Positions 28,945-37,914 of a stretch of 64,000 nt of DNA are shown piece by piece (within the stretch, counting starts at the first letter, position 1; every line of letters starts with the position of its first letter). The notes beneath the pieces are model-generated. The model was not told the DNA's origin, ran no database searches, and saw only the letters and a list, made by a program, of their open reading frames with translations. The DNA is taken from positions 1,905 through 65,904 of the IMG/VR virus record IMGVR_UViG_3300025084_003138; one strand, given 5' to 3'. The DNA is from a virus. Its lineage: Duplodnaviria; Caudoviricetes. A program made the position numbers and the translations under genes.

Positions 28945-31560
28945 ATGTTTGATATTATTTTTATTGGTGAAAGAACAGATAAGTGGAAAGACTTAAAGAA
29001 AAAGTTCTTCTCTGCTAAACGTGCATCTTCAATTGACGAAGCACAGAAGAAGTCATTGACAAATATGTTTTGGACAGTTTGGCCTGATATTGACATATGC
29101 GAAAATTTTAATTTTGATTATGTACCCGACGAATGGAGTAAAGATGTTCCGCATCTTTTTAAAAACGGCGACACTTACGATGGAATGTGTTTACTTCCTA
29201 AGGCTATAAAATTAAGTAAAAATGAAACTGACTATCGATTCTTTATACATAAAAAAGAAATAGATATTGTTGCAAGTAATCCTGTACCATTTGATTACTT
29301 TGATATTGATACATATGAAGAATACACAGCAGCATTAGAACATAGTACAACTGATATGTTTTGGATGGGCAGTAGAAATATACAAGTTGATAAACAGTTA
29401 ATTAATAACTTTTATATATCACATCACCAACAAATAGATAGAAAACAAAATCATTCTTTTATTCACGATGCTGATGGCGAAAAATCTAGAAATGGAGTAT
29501 ACCTTTGTAGTAAACATACACCTGTGTCAAAACGAGAAATAGAATATCGACATCTAGTTCATAGAAAAGAATGGGATATAGAACTTAGCAGACCAAAATT
29601 ATATGAGCAATTTATAATAGATACATATGATGATTATCAACATGCACTTGAAAAATCACAAACAGAAATGTTCTGGGCTATTCGATCAGGAATTGATACA
29701 ACCGACTTTGATTTTAAAATGCACTTTCCGTTTAGCAATAATTATGATAGGCAAACTAATCATATATTTTTACACAACGAACAAGACCAGATGCTTACAA
29801 ACGGAGTTTGGTTATTATCTAAACACACGCAAGTATCTAAAAAAGAAATTGAATATAGGTTTCTTGTAAATGCTAAAGAACACAAAATAGTTGCTAGTAA
29901 AACTAAACTATACGATCGATTTATTGTTGATACATACGAAGACTATCAAAATGCATTTGATAATTCTACAACAGAAATGTTCTGGGCTGTACGTAGCGAT
30001 ACTGAAATAGTTGACTCTGCGGTATTTGATATATATTTTCCGTATAAAAATTTGCATGATCAGGAATATATATTTGATAGACACAAAAATCATACATTTC
30101 TGCATGATCATGCCGGCGAAACTATACGGAACAGTGTATGGCTTTGTTCTAAACACACACAAGTATCTAAAAAAGAAATTGAATATAGATTTATAGTAAA
30201 TGCAAAAGAATGGGACATTGTTGCTAGTAAGACAAAATTATACGATCGATTTATTGTTGACACATATGAAGATTATCAAAATGCGTTAACAGATTCTCAA
30301 ACAGAAATGTTTTGGGCTATACGTAGCAATACTGAAATAGTCGACTCGACAGTTTTTAATATGCATTTTCCTTATAAAAACCTACATGATCAAGAACACG
30401 TATTTGATAGACACAAAAATCATACATTTCTACATGATCACGAAGGCGACACAATACGAAATAGTGTATGGCTATGTTCTAAGCACGAACCTATATCTAA
30501 AAAAGAAATTGATTATAGATTTATTGTAAATGCTAAAGAACATAATACTGTTGTTAGTCGCACAGTAAAATATGATAAATTTAAAGTTGATACATACGAA
30601 GACTATCAAAATGCATTTGATAATTCTACAACAGAAATGTTTTGGTGTATTCCAACTGATATAATTATAACTAACGATAGCATATTTGAAACAGTGTTTC
30701 CGATAAAAAATGCATTTGATACAACTTATGATTTTGAAAGAGCAATAAATCATATATATAAAAACGGAAAATATAATGACGGTGTAATGTTATCTACTAA
30801 AAAATCTAAAATTACAAAAAAAGAATTTGAATACGGATTTATCATACAGAAAAAAGATATTGATATTGAAGTAAGTGCGCCAAAGCCGTATGATATTGTG
30901 TTTATTAGTTATGAAGAATCAAATGCAGATGAAAACTATATTAATGTATGGAAGCAGTTTCCTCGAATAAAACGTATACACGGAGTTAAAGGAATTCATC
31001 AAGCACATATCGAAGCAGCAAAAATATGCACAACAGATATGTTTTATGTTATCGACGGTGACGCCCAAATTTTAAAAGAATACAATTTTGATTATCAAGT
31101 TCCGCGATGGCAACGAGACCAAGTGTTTGTATGGCATTCATCTAATCCTATTACTGGAGCAACATATGGATACGGCGGCGTAAAATTATTACCAAGAGTG
31201 CAAACACTTAATGTAGATACAACAAGTGCTGATATGACAACTAGTATAAGTTCAAAATTTAATGTAGTACCGCAAGTAAGTAATATTACAGCATTTAATA
31301 CAGATCCGTTTAGTACTTGGAAAAGCGCATTTAGAGAATGTGTAAAATTAGCAAGTAAGTCTATACAAGGCCAACTTGATAGCGAAACTGAAGAACGGTT
31401 AGAAGCATGGCAACATCCAATACCGGATGCACTTTATAGACATGAAGCAAAACGTGGAGCCGAAGAGGGTAGAGCATACGGAGAAAAATATGCCCAATCA
31501 CCACAAGACTTGCGTAGAATAAATGATTTCGATTGGTTGCAGAAAAAATTTAACGAGTAG
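28945..31560 (+). CDS. Repeat-expanded glycosyltransferase-like protein: six degenerate GT-A-like units plus one C-terminal DGD-containing GT-like domain
   Basis: The C-terminal domain (YDIVFISYEE..RIHGVKGIHQAH..FYVIDGDA..YGYGGVKLLP..WKSAFRECVKL) is homologous to 17116..18060. The upstream ~103-115-aa units share the 'A...S.T.MFW...D..I...F.F...H.F...NGV.L..K' skeleton. Confidence 0.75.
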   Translation: MFDIIFIGERTDKWKDLKKKFFSAKRASSIDEAQKKSLTNMFWTVWPDIDICENFNFDYVPDEWSKDVPHLFKNGDTYDGMCLLPKAIKLSKNETDYRFFIHKKEIDIVASNPVPFDYFDIDTYEEYTAALEHSTTDMFWMGSRNIQVDKQLINNFYISHHQQIDRKQNHSFIHDADGEKSRNGVYLCSKHTPVSKREIEYRHLVHRKEWDIELSRPKLYEQFIIDTYDDYQHALEKSQTEMFWAIRSGIDTTDFDFKMHFPFSNNYDRQTNHIFLHNEQDQMLTNGVWLLSKHTQVSKKEIEYRFLVNAKEHKIVASKTKLYDRFIVDTYEDYQNAFDNSTTEMFWAVRSDTEIVDSAVFDIYFPYKNLHDQEYIFDRHKNHTFLHDHAGETIRNSVWLCSKHTQVSKKEIEYRFIVNAKEWDIVASKTKLYDRFIVDTYEDYQNALTDSQTEMFWAIRSNTEIVDSTVFNMHFPYKNLHDQEHVFDRHKNHTFLHDHEGDTIRNSVWLCSKHEPISKKEIDYRFIVNAKEHNTVVSRTVKYDKFKVDTYEDYQNAFDNSTTEMFWCIPTDIIITNDSIFETVFPIKNAFDTTYDFERAINHIYKNGKYNDGVMLSTKKSKITKKEFEYGFIIQKKDIDIEVSAPKPYDIVFISYEESNADENYINVWKQFPRIKRIHGVKGIHQAHIEAAKICTTDMFYVIDGDAQILKEYNFDYQVPRWQRDQVFVWHSSNPITGATYGYGGVKLLPRVQTLNVDTTSADMTTSISSKFNVVPQVSNITAFNTDPFSTWKSAFRECVKLASKSIQGQLDSETEERLEAWQHPIPDALYRHEAKRGAEEGRAYGEKYAQSPQDLRRINDFDWLQKKFNE
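29290..30888 (+). repeat. In-frame tandem repeat, five units of 309-330 bp
   Basis: Unit starts at 29290, 29602, 29911, 30241 and 30571 (Y/F-D..F.(I/V)DTY(E/D)(E/D)Y); a 56-bp block is identical at 29926-29981 and 30586-30641. Confidence 0.9.
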
Positions 31561-31634
31561 AGATAAACTACTAAGTACAATAACTTAACAGAAAATTAGA
31601 TTTTCATACTATATATATACCGAGGTAAAATTAA

Positions 31635-32477
31635 ATGGCGTTAACTTTAGAAGCTCTAAAAGGGTCTGAATACAAGACTGTAGACTTTTATATGACAAAA
31701 AGCTGTAATAAGAGCTGTCACTATTGCACTGCTTGGACACTCGAAATGCGCAATCTAGATGTAGATATGGACTTTTTACGAAATACAGTAAAATATTTAA
31801 GTCCGTATAAAACCCGTATTTGTTTGTTAGGCGGAGAACCAGGACTTATAAAAAATCTAGATGAAGTAATAGCTGAAATTAAAAAGTATCCGAACTTAGT
31901 AATACAAGTACTTTCTAATAGTTTAGTAAGAAAATTTTATCCGCACGTTTTAGAAGACCCTGATATAATTTATATTGAACACTTGGTCTTAGATTTTTAT
32001 GAAGATCGAATAGAAAAACTAGGTAACTATGATTTTTTTGAACCTAATGAACTAAACAATTATAATCTAATTATTCAAACACCTGGATATTTTGACTATA
32101 GAGACAAACACGACTTGACGTATCTAAAACACAAAAATACAGAATTTAAAGAATACAATTCACGTTCTCCTGATTTCTTTTCAGACCATACCCCTGTACA
32201 AGCGCCAGAGCTTGATAGAAGAATTTGTGCTAAATTTCCACTTGTACCTGTATTTGACTTTGAAATACAAAAAATTAGACATTGTAGCAGAAAAGTAATT
32301 AACGGATCTCGACAGTTTGATGTTACAAAAGAAAATGTTGATAAGATGTTTGCATATAAACTTTTTGAATTTGAAAAGTATTGCAGTGCTTGTATGGACA
32401 TTATTCCTCCAAGACCTGCAGCAAGACGTAATGCAATTACACGTATATTAGAACAAGAGGGCATTTCTATAGAATGA
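31635..32477 (+). CDS. Radical SAM enzyme with C-terminal twitch-like Cys cluster
   Basis: TKSCNKSCHYC; CLLGGEPG; C-terminal ICAKF..RHCS..YCSACMD. Confidence 0.85.
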   Translation: MALTLEALKGSEYKTVDFYMTKSCNKSCHYCTAWTLEMRNLDVDMDFLRNTVKYLSPYKTRICLLGGEPGLIKNLDEVIAEIKKYPNLVIQVLSNSLVRKFYPHVLEDPDIIYIEHLVLDFYEDRIEKLGNYDFFEPNELNNYNLIIQTPGYFDYRDKHDLTYLKHKNTEFKEYNSRSPDFFSDHTPVQAPELDRRICAKFPLVPVFDFEIQKIRHCSRKVINGSRQFDVTKENVDKMFAYKLFEFEKYCSACMDIIPPRPAARRNAITRILEQEGISIE

Positions 32478-33988
32478 AAATATTTTCAGTTGCCGTAAAT
32501 ATACACGACCATAACACATACGACGGTAAATTACACTATCAAGTTGAACGACATAATCGTGTTAAACATAATTTAAATCCTAATAACCCGCATGATTCGG
32601 AACCCAGTCGTGAGTTTTTTCACAAACACTTTAGACCTAATTATGATAATAAAGATCACATGCTTGCATTTACTGTTAGTAATCTTGGACAGGAATTTGT
32701 TAGAGATATATTAGAAGAAACTATAGGCAATTTAGAATTTTTAAATTTTAAACCTAACAACTTATGGGATTGTTACGAAACAGCAGATTATTATTATATA
32801 GATCATCATCAAAGCCATTCGGCGTATGCTTATCTAAGTTCTGGATACAACGAATCTGACATCCTTGCGATTGATGGAAGAGGATGGCAATTTAATTGCA
32901 TCTTTACAGATAAGAACGGAAACATCACAGACTTATCAAATAAAATATCCATAGGCGGATTATGGAATAGATTAGCACAGGATATCGGTTTTGGATATTT
33001 AGGTGCAGGTAAAGCAATGGGCCTTGCCGGATACGGCAAATTCAATGCAGATATAAACAGTATGATAGATGAGTATATGCGCAATCCAAACCATAAACTT
33101 CCTAAGTATGCATACGGTCTTATTGAAACAGTACCAAAAGAAGATATTGCATTTACACTACAACACTATACTTCTATACTAATTAAAGAACATGTATACC
33201 CGTTAAAAACATCTAATAATCTTTGTGTAGCTGGCGGAGTTGCATATAACGGATATATGAACGAAGAGTTTACTAAGCATTATGATAATGTATATGTGCC
33301 TCCGGCTGTCGGCGATGAAGGCCAAGCATTAGGCACTTATATGCATGCCGAGTATGTACTTAATAACAATACACATGTACCTAATGTATATTCTGGTAAG
33401 GAATACGCTGTAGATGCATCTGTGCTTCGAGATTGTACATATAGCTCAATGAAGTTTGAAAATATTATTATTGAAATTGCTCGAGAAATTGCTAAAGGAA
33501 AAATTGTTGGATGGTTTCAAGGTAAAAGTGAAAGCGGTAATAGAGCATTAGGTAATCGAAGCATACTTGCTGACCCGAGAAATCCTAAAATTAAAGATAT
33601 AATAAACAGCAAAATTAAACTACGTGAAGACTTTAGGCCATTTGCACCAAGTGTACTTGAAGAACATTACAAAGACTATTTTGATACTAATCAGCCTAGC
33701 CCGTATATGAGTCGTATTATGCCAGTTACGTCAGATAAAATTCCAGGGGTAACACATGTAGATGGAACAGCACGTATACAAACTGTATCAAAACAACAAA
33801 ATGAAAAATATTATTCCTTAATTAAGGAATTTGGAAATTTAACTGGAATACCTATGTTGCTTAACACTAGTTTCAACAGTCAAGAGCCGATTGTAGAAAC
33901 TCCTGAAGACGCTATTGCTACGTTTAACAAGTGTGGATTAGACATATTAGTAATTGGCAATTATATAGTAAGGAAAACAAATGATTGA
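32474..33988 (+). CDS. Carbamoyltransferase (NodU/CmcH/TobZ family)
   Basis: Kae1-like HHQSHSAYAY, IDGRG, GKAMGLAGYG, AGGVAYN, VPPAVGDEG; YrdC-like GKSESGNRALGNRSILADP, REDFRPFAPSV, THVDGTARIQTV, LLNTSFN. Confidence 0.95.
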   Translation: MKIFSVAVNIHDHNTYDGKLHYQVERHNRVKHNLNPNNPHDSEPSREFFHKHFRPNYDNKDHMLAFTVSNLGQEFVRDILEETIGNLEFLNFKPNNLWDCYETADYYYIDHHQSHSAYAYLSSGYNESDILAIDGRGWQFNCIFTDKNGNITDLSNKISIGGLWNRLAQDIGFGYLGAGKAMGLAGYGKFNADINSMIDEYMRNPNHKLPKYAYGLIETVPKEDIAFTLQHYTSILIKEHVYPLKTSNNLCVAGGVAYNGYMNEEFTKHYDNVYVPPAVGDEGQALGTYMHAEYVLNNNTHVPNVYSGKEYAVDASVLRDCTYSSMKFENIIIEIAREIAKGKIVGWFQGKSESGNRALGNRSILADPRNPKIKDIINSKIKLREDFRPFAPSVLEEHYKDYFDTNQPSPYMSRIMPVTSDKIPGVTHVDGTARIQTVSKQQNEKYYSLIKEFGNLTGIPMLLNTSFNSQEPIVETPEDAIATFNKCGLDILVIGNYIVRKTND

Positions 33989-34799
33989 TAGGACTGTTGT
34001 AAAATACTATGAAAATATTTTAAAAACATCTAACTCTAACGTTAACTTAGATATTTTATCTACAATATTAAATTGCATCGAACACGATAAAGACAACGAA
34101 CTTTTGAAAATTATATTAAAATTATCTCATCCGTCTATTGATGATACTTATCTTTTTAATGTAATAAATCTTATTAAAGATATGCCTGAAATAAAAACTG
34201 ATATTTTAGATTCTGTTAGCAGTAATCAAGTTGCATCAAAATATGCATTGATAGATGCAGTAAACAACTTAAAGATTTTAAATAAGGATTCGGTTGTTGT
34301 TATCTGGGGCAGCTGGTATGGCAGTATTCTTATACCAGCACTTACTAATAAAGTTAAAAAAATAATTTGTATAGATATAGATAATAATCCTTTACAAATT
34401 GCTAAGAACAGATTATTTAATGAGTACACTAACATTGAATATATTTGTGACAATATTTTTAAAAAATATCGTAATGTTTATATAGAAACAGATTTAATTA
34501 TTAATCCAAGTTGCGAACATATGAAACCTATGTATGATTGGAAGTGGTTTGACGAAGGTGCTATGAGTCAAGATTCGGGCGATGTATTTAAAACACCTAA
34601 ACTTTCGAACAATTGTCATTTTGCATTTACATCAAATAATATGTTTGATATCAAAGACCATATTAATTGTGTAAATAATTTAGAAGAGTTTAAAGACCAG
34701 TTGCCGTTACGAGCTGAAGTTTTACACGAAGAAGAAGTGACAGATACTAGGGGATCTAGATACTTATTAGTAGGTAAGTTTAATCCTCTAGTGTACTAG
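33981..34799 (+). CDS. Class I SAM-dependent methyltransferase-like protein
   Basis: Motif I variant 'VVVIWGSWYGSIL', acidic strand-2 end 'IICIDID', 'LIINPSCEHM'. Confidence 0.6.
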   Translation: MIDRTVVKYYENILKTSNSNVNLDILSTILNCIEHDKDNELLKIILKLSHPSIDDTYLFNVINLIKDMPEIKTDILDSVSSNQVASKYALIDAVNNLKILNKDSVVVIWGSWYGSILIPALTNKVKKIICIDIDNNPLQIAKNRLFNEYTNIEYICDNIFKKYRNVYIETDLIINPSCEHMKPMYDWKWFDEGAMSQDSGDVFKTPKLSNNCHFAFTSNNMFDIKDHINCVNNLEEFKDQLPLRAEVLHEEEVTDTRGSRYLLVGKFNPLVY

Positions 34800-34846
34800 T
34801 ACATCTTACCATATATAGTGTAAATTCTAAATTTGTTTTTAATACA

Positions 34847-34902
34847 TACAACATATTGTATTTTTTTTAGCAAAATATAACTAAAAAATACAATATGTTG
34901 TA
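34847..34902. terminator. 20-bp perfect AT-rich inverted repeat between convergent operons (putative bidirectional terminator or cruciform)
   Basis: tacaacatattgtatttttt (34847-34866) is the exact reverse complement of 34883-34902, with a 16-nt loop; lies between the stop codons at 34799 (+) and 34941 (-). Confidence 0.55.
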
Positions 34903-34940
34903 AAGCAACATAAATTTATTAAAAGATGATTCTTATTCTT

Positions 34941-37175
34941 CTATATAATGTTTTGATCTGTAACTTCATCTTGTTTTTTTGCAGTTTTGTCCCAAGATGC
35001 AAATAATTTTTTATCAGCATCTGTTAGCTCTTTAGGAATATAATATTTTTCTAATTCGGGAAAAACGTCAAATAAGTGAGATTCCCACTTAGTTCCTTTG
35101 TAGTATTCGTCAGATTTTAATAGGTATGCAAATACATCCTGTATATCAATATTAGGGTCTGCAGGCATTCTTAATGCAGCTTGTATATCTGGCCAATCTT
35201 TATACTTGGGTATTAGGTTGGTTTTTATTTCTATTGGTAAATTACGAACTTGTAAAGCCCCAGGGTTTTCAACAAACGCCCAATTTAGCTGATCGATGCA
35301 TGGGTTTTCTTTACACCAATCGATTATTTCATAAAATCTCATAACACTAAGGAACGACACTAATCCGTTAAAGTCAACTACTACGTTAGGATGTTTTTTA
35401 ACTAATTCAATGTTTTCTACTACTTCGTTCCAGTCTGTTCTTCTACGCATATATTCAATAACAGGTCCAATGCCGTCTATTGATGCAACTATTGTTACCC
35501 TATCAAAATGTGGAATATATTTAAATATATTATGTTTGCCTGCTTTAGTTTTTGTTAAGTTAGTTTGGTATTTAATTCTTATTTTATCAGCGTGTCCTGT
35601 TTTAATTATAGCATCTAACATTTCATAATGTTTTTTCATAATCAAAGGCTCGCCGCCTATTATTTTAATACTTTTTATGTATTGTGCCATTTCAACGATC
35701 TGCTCAGTTACTCCGGCAGTTTTATCCTTCATAACTTGTGCGTTTCTTGCATCAACGGCCGGAGACTGTTTGCCAAATATGTTGTCACTCCACACTCCGT
35801 TTTTTGCAACTTGCATACGTGTTGTAGAATTATCGTGCATACACATAAAGCAGTCTAAGTTGCATTCCGACCCATAAATTTTTAATTGTACTTCAAATAT
35901 TCTACCAGCACCTCGCAAGGTAAACTTACCAGTTTCTTTAAATTTTGTTACTTGTCTTTCAATTTTATTCCAAAATACTGCATCATTAGTATGAATCTTC
36001 ATACAGTTAGTTCTTCTAGATCTTCCATAATTAGCTTCGTCACTACGACACCGTTGACACCATTTGTCTACTGCTTTTAACTTAGAACCCGGTGTGGTCA
36101 TTTCTCTACGTAGATCATTCATGTATTCACTGTCTTCCATCCACTCTTTTAATGGAACTTCTTCTACGCTTACTCCGGATGGTTCGCCAAAACAACATGC
36201 TTGGTACTGTCCGTCTAGTTCTGAATATATTTGTGTGAACGGAATTGTACAAAAGTAAATATCTTTATCCTTTGCTTGCGTTACTATTGATCCTTCTTTG
36301 GCAGCAATTTCTTTACCTTCATCGTCTAATTTTTCCCACCAAGCGTCTGTATTTACAAAACCTGGCTCGGACCGATCACCAGGGCCACCTTTTGTTAAAT
36401 ACTCCGGTAAATCAGGTTTTGGTAAGGGATAGTCAAATGCCCATGCCTTTTCATGACACCAGAAGCAAGTGTTACAGGTGTGTTCAAAATTATTAGTTTG
36501 TCTAGCTGTTCCTACACAAGACCTTGTTAACGGATATAAAGTTTCCATTAAATTATGGTCTTTAAAAACTCCAGCAACAAATTTTTTATCTACATTAGCG
36601 TATACTTGATAGATATTTAACCAGTAGTCTTTAGCATAGGATCTAAAGTTTTCGACTTCAGGGTGTTCTTTATCTCTTCTTCGTTCTGCTTTTTCATAAA
36701 ATCCTGAAGATAACATTTCATTCGCCGGCGGATTTCTTGTCATACCATCGAGTCTTATTGCACCTGGATGTTTTTTCATTACATTCCAGTTTATTGTATC
36801 AACTTGCATAATCTTTGAAACCTGTGTTCTACGCATGCCGTTAAACTGACGGATTTTTTTAATTGCTTTATCAACTTTTCTATGGCTTAGAAAATCCTCA
36901 GTTTTATCGTTAAAATCAAATATCTGTGTATTTCTAATATTGTTCTGCGGAAATTCTTTTTGCATCCAGTTAACAATATCAACAGCAGCATCAGCATCTA
37001 ACGGAGCATTTAGGTCTCTACAGGTTACTGGAATTACTTCTATTTGGGGGAAATATTTACTTACTAGATATAGCAAGGATGCACTGTCGAGCCCTCCTGA
37101 TAATGAAATTACACATTTTTCTGGAATTTTGTCAGGAAAAAAGTTTATAGTTTGATTATTATATGTAAGTTTCAT
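34941..37175 (-). CDS. Fusion of a QueC-like PP-loop ATPase domain to an N-twitch radical SAM enzyme
   Basis: N-terminus: ISLSGGLDSASL and TRSCVG..TCNTCFWCHEK (QueC-like Zn site). A Pro-rich linker is followed by FCTIPFTQ..QACC..CQRC..SRR, SECNLDCFMC, IIGGEP and ASIDGIGPVIEYMRRRTDW. Confidence 0.85.
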   Translation of the reverse strand: MKLTYNNQTINFFPDKIPEKCVISLSGGLDSASLLYLVSKYFPQIEVIPVTCRDLNAPLDADAAVDIVNWMQKEFPQNNIRNTQIFDFNDKTEDFLSHRKVDKAIKKIRQFNGMRRTQVSKIMQVDTINWNVMKKHPGAIRLDGMTRNPPANEMLSSGFYEKAERRRDKEHPEVENFRSYAKDYWLNIYQVYANVDKKFVAGVFKDHNLMETLYPLTRSCVGTARQTNNFEHTCNTCFWCHEKAWAFDYPLPKPDLPEYLTKGGPGDRSEPGFVNTDAWWEKLDDEGKEIAAKEGSIVTQAKDKDIYFCTIPFTQIYSELDGQYQACCFGEPSGVSVEEVPLKEWMEDSEYMNDLRREMTTPGSKLKAVDKWCQRCRSDEANYGRSRRTNCMKIHTNDAVFWNKIERQVTKFKETGKFTLRGAGRIFEVQLKIYGSECNLDCFMCMHDNSTTRMQVAKNGVWSDNIFGKQSPAVDARNAQVMKDKTAGVTEQIVEMAQYIKSIKIIGGEPLIMKKHYEMLDAIIKTGHADKIRIKYQTNLTKTKAGKHNIFKYIPHFDRVTIVASIDGIGPVIEYMRRRTDWNEVVENIELVKKHPNVVVDFNGLVSFLSVMRFYEIIDWCKENPCIDQLNWAFVENPGALQVRNLPIEIKTNLIPKYKDWPDIQAALRMPADPNIDIQDVFAYLLKSDEYYKGTKWESHLFDVFPELEKYYIPKELTDADKKLFASWDKTAKKQDEVTDQNII

Positions 37176-37197
37176 ACTGTATCCTTTGATTATTTTA

Positions 37198-37205
37198 GTA
37201 CTTAT
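37198..37205 (-). promoter_or_regulatory. Late-promoter-like motif ATAAGTAC
   Basis: The plus-strand gtacttat reads ATAAGTAC on the minus strand, ~23 nt upstream of the 37175 start; one mismatch from the ATAAATAC seen before structural genes. Confidence 0.4.
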
Positions 37206-37224
37206 GTTATAAGTTAACTGCCTA

Positions 37225-37914
37225 TTAAAGACTTGACACGTTGTTTAATGCCCATTTCTTTTCTTGACACCACCAACATTCTCCGCAGTTGCCGATTGGT
37301 TCAGTACAGGAATTAGTTTTTTGTAATAAGTCTTGTTCGTTGAAATCGTAATAACATTGAATAATAAATCTTTTATCGATTCCTACAAACGGTGCTTTTG
37401 GAGTGTTAGAAAATTTTTCTATTTCTTCCCATAGTTCGTGACCCGGTCTTCTAAAAACTCCCCAACTTCCTCCATCTGATCTTAGATTAAATGACTGTTG
37501 TATTTCTGTTGGCGGCCCTAAACATAATGCATTTACTAAGACGTCTATAATTTTATTTTTTGCTAATTTTTCACTAAGTGGACGTATATAACTATTTTTA
37601 TCTAAGCCTTTTTCTTTAATTCCTTTAGTATTAAATACAACAGAAATTGGCCAATGTAGTTTAACTGTAGGAAATTTATTTTGTAAATATTTTATAATCT
37701 CTGGTAAACCTGCAGAATCACCCGAACACCATATATCGTAACCATTAAATGGTTGTATCTGTATATTTAAATTTTTTTCTTTTATTGTGTTTGCTAGAAG
37801 AAAGCATAATAGTGTACTATCAGCACCGCCTGACATAGATATGCCAATAGTCTTGTTATTAAATACACTATCGCTTAAAATTTCAACAGTTCCAAATTTA
37901 TTTTTATATTGCAT
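37225..37914 (-). CDS. Stand-alone QueC-like PP-loop (adenine nucleotide alpha-hydrolase) protein
   Basis: ISMSGGADSTLL; C-terminal TNSCTEPIGNCGECWWCQEKKWA Zn-site pattern; paralogous to the N-terminal domain of 34941..37175. Confidence 0.75.
   Translation of the reverse strand: MQYKNKFGTVEILSDSVFNNKTIGISMSGGADSTLLCFLLANTIKEKNLNIQIQPFNGYDIWCSGDSAGLPEIIKYLQNKFPTVKLHWPISVVFNTKGIKEKGLDKNSYIRPLSEKLAKNKIIDVLVNALCLGPPTEIQQSFNLRSDGGSWGVFRRPGHELWEEIEKFSNTPKAPFVGIDKRFIIQCYYDFNEQDLLQKTNSCTEPIGNCGECWWCQEKKWALNNVSSL

Noticed and set aside
29290-30888. Repeat array as CRISPR, DGR template or mobile element
   Set aside because: Units are 309-330 bp, in frame and inside a coding gene; there is no spacer structure, cas gene, reverse transcriptase or transposase.
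34941-37914. Calling the QueC-like domains queC of a preQ0 DNA-modification pathway together with queE
   Set aside because: They lie 25 kb from queE among sugar enzymes, are duplicated, one is fused to a twitch rSAM, and they diverge after the Zn site. No folE, queD or dpdA is in the window. Left as QueC-like.
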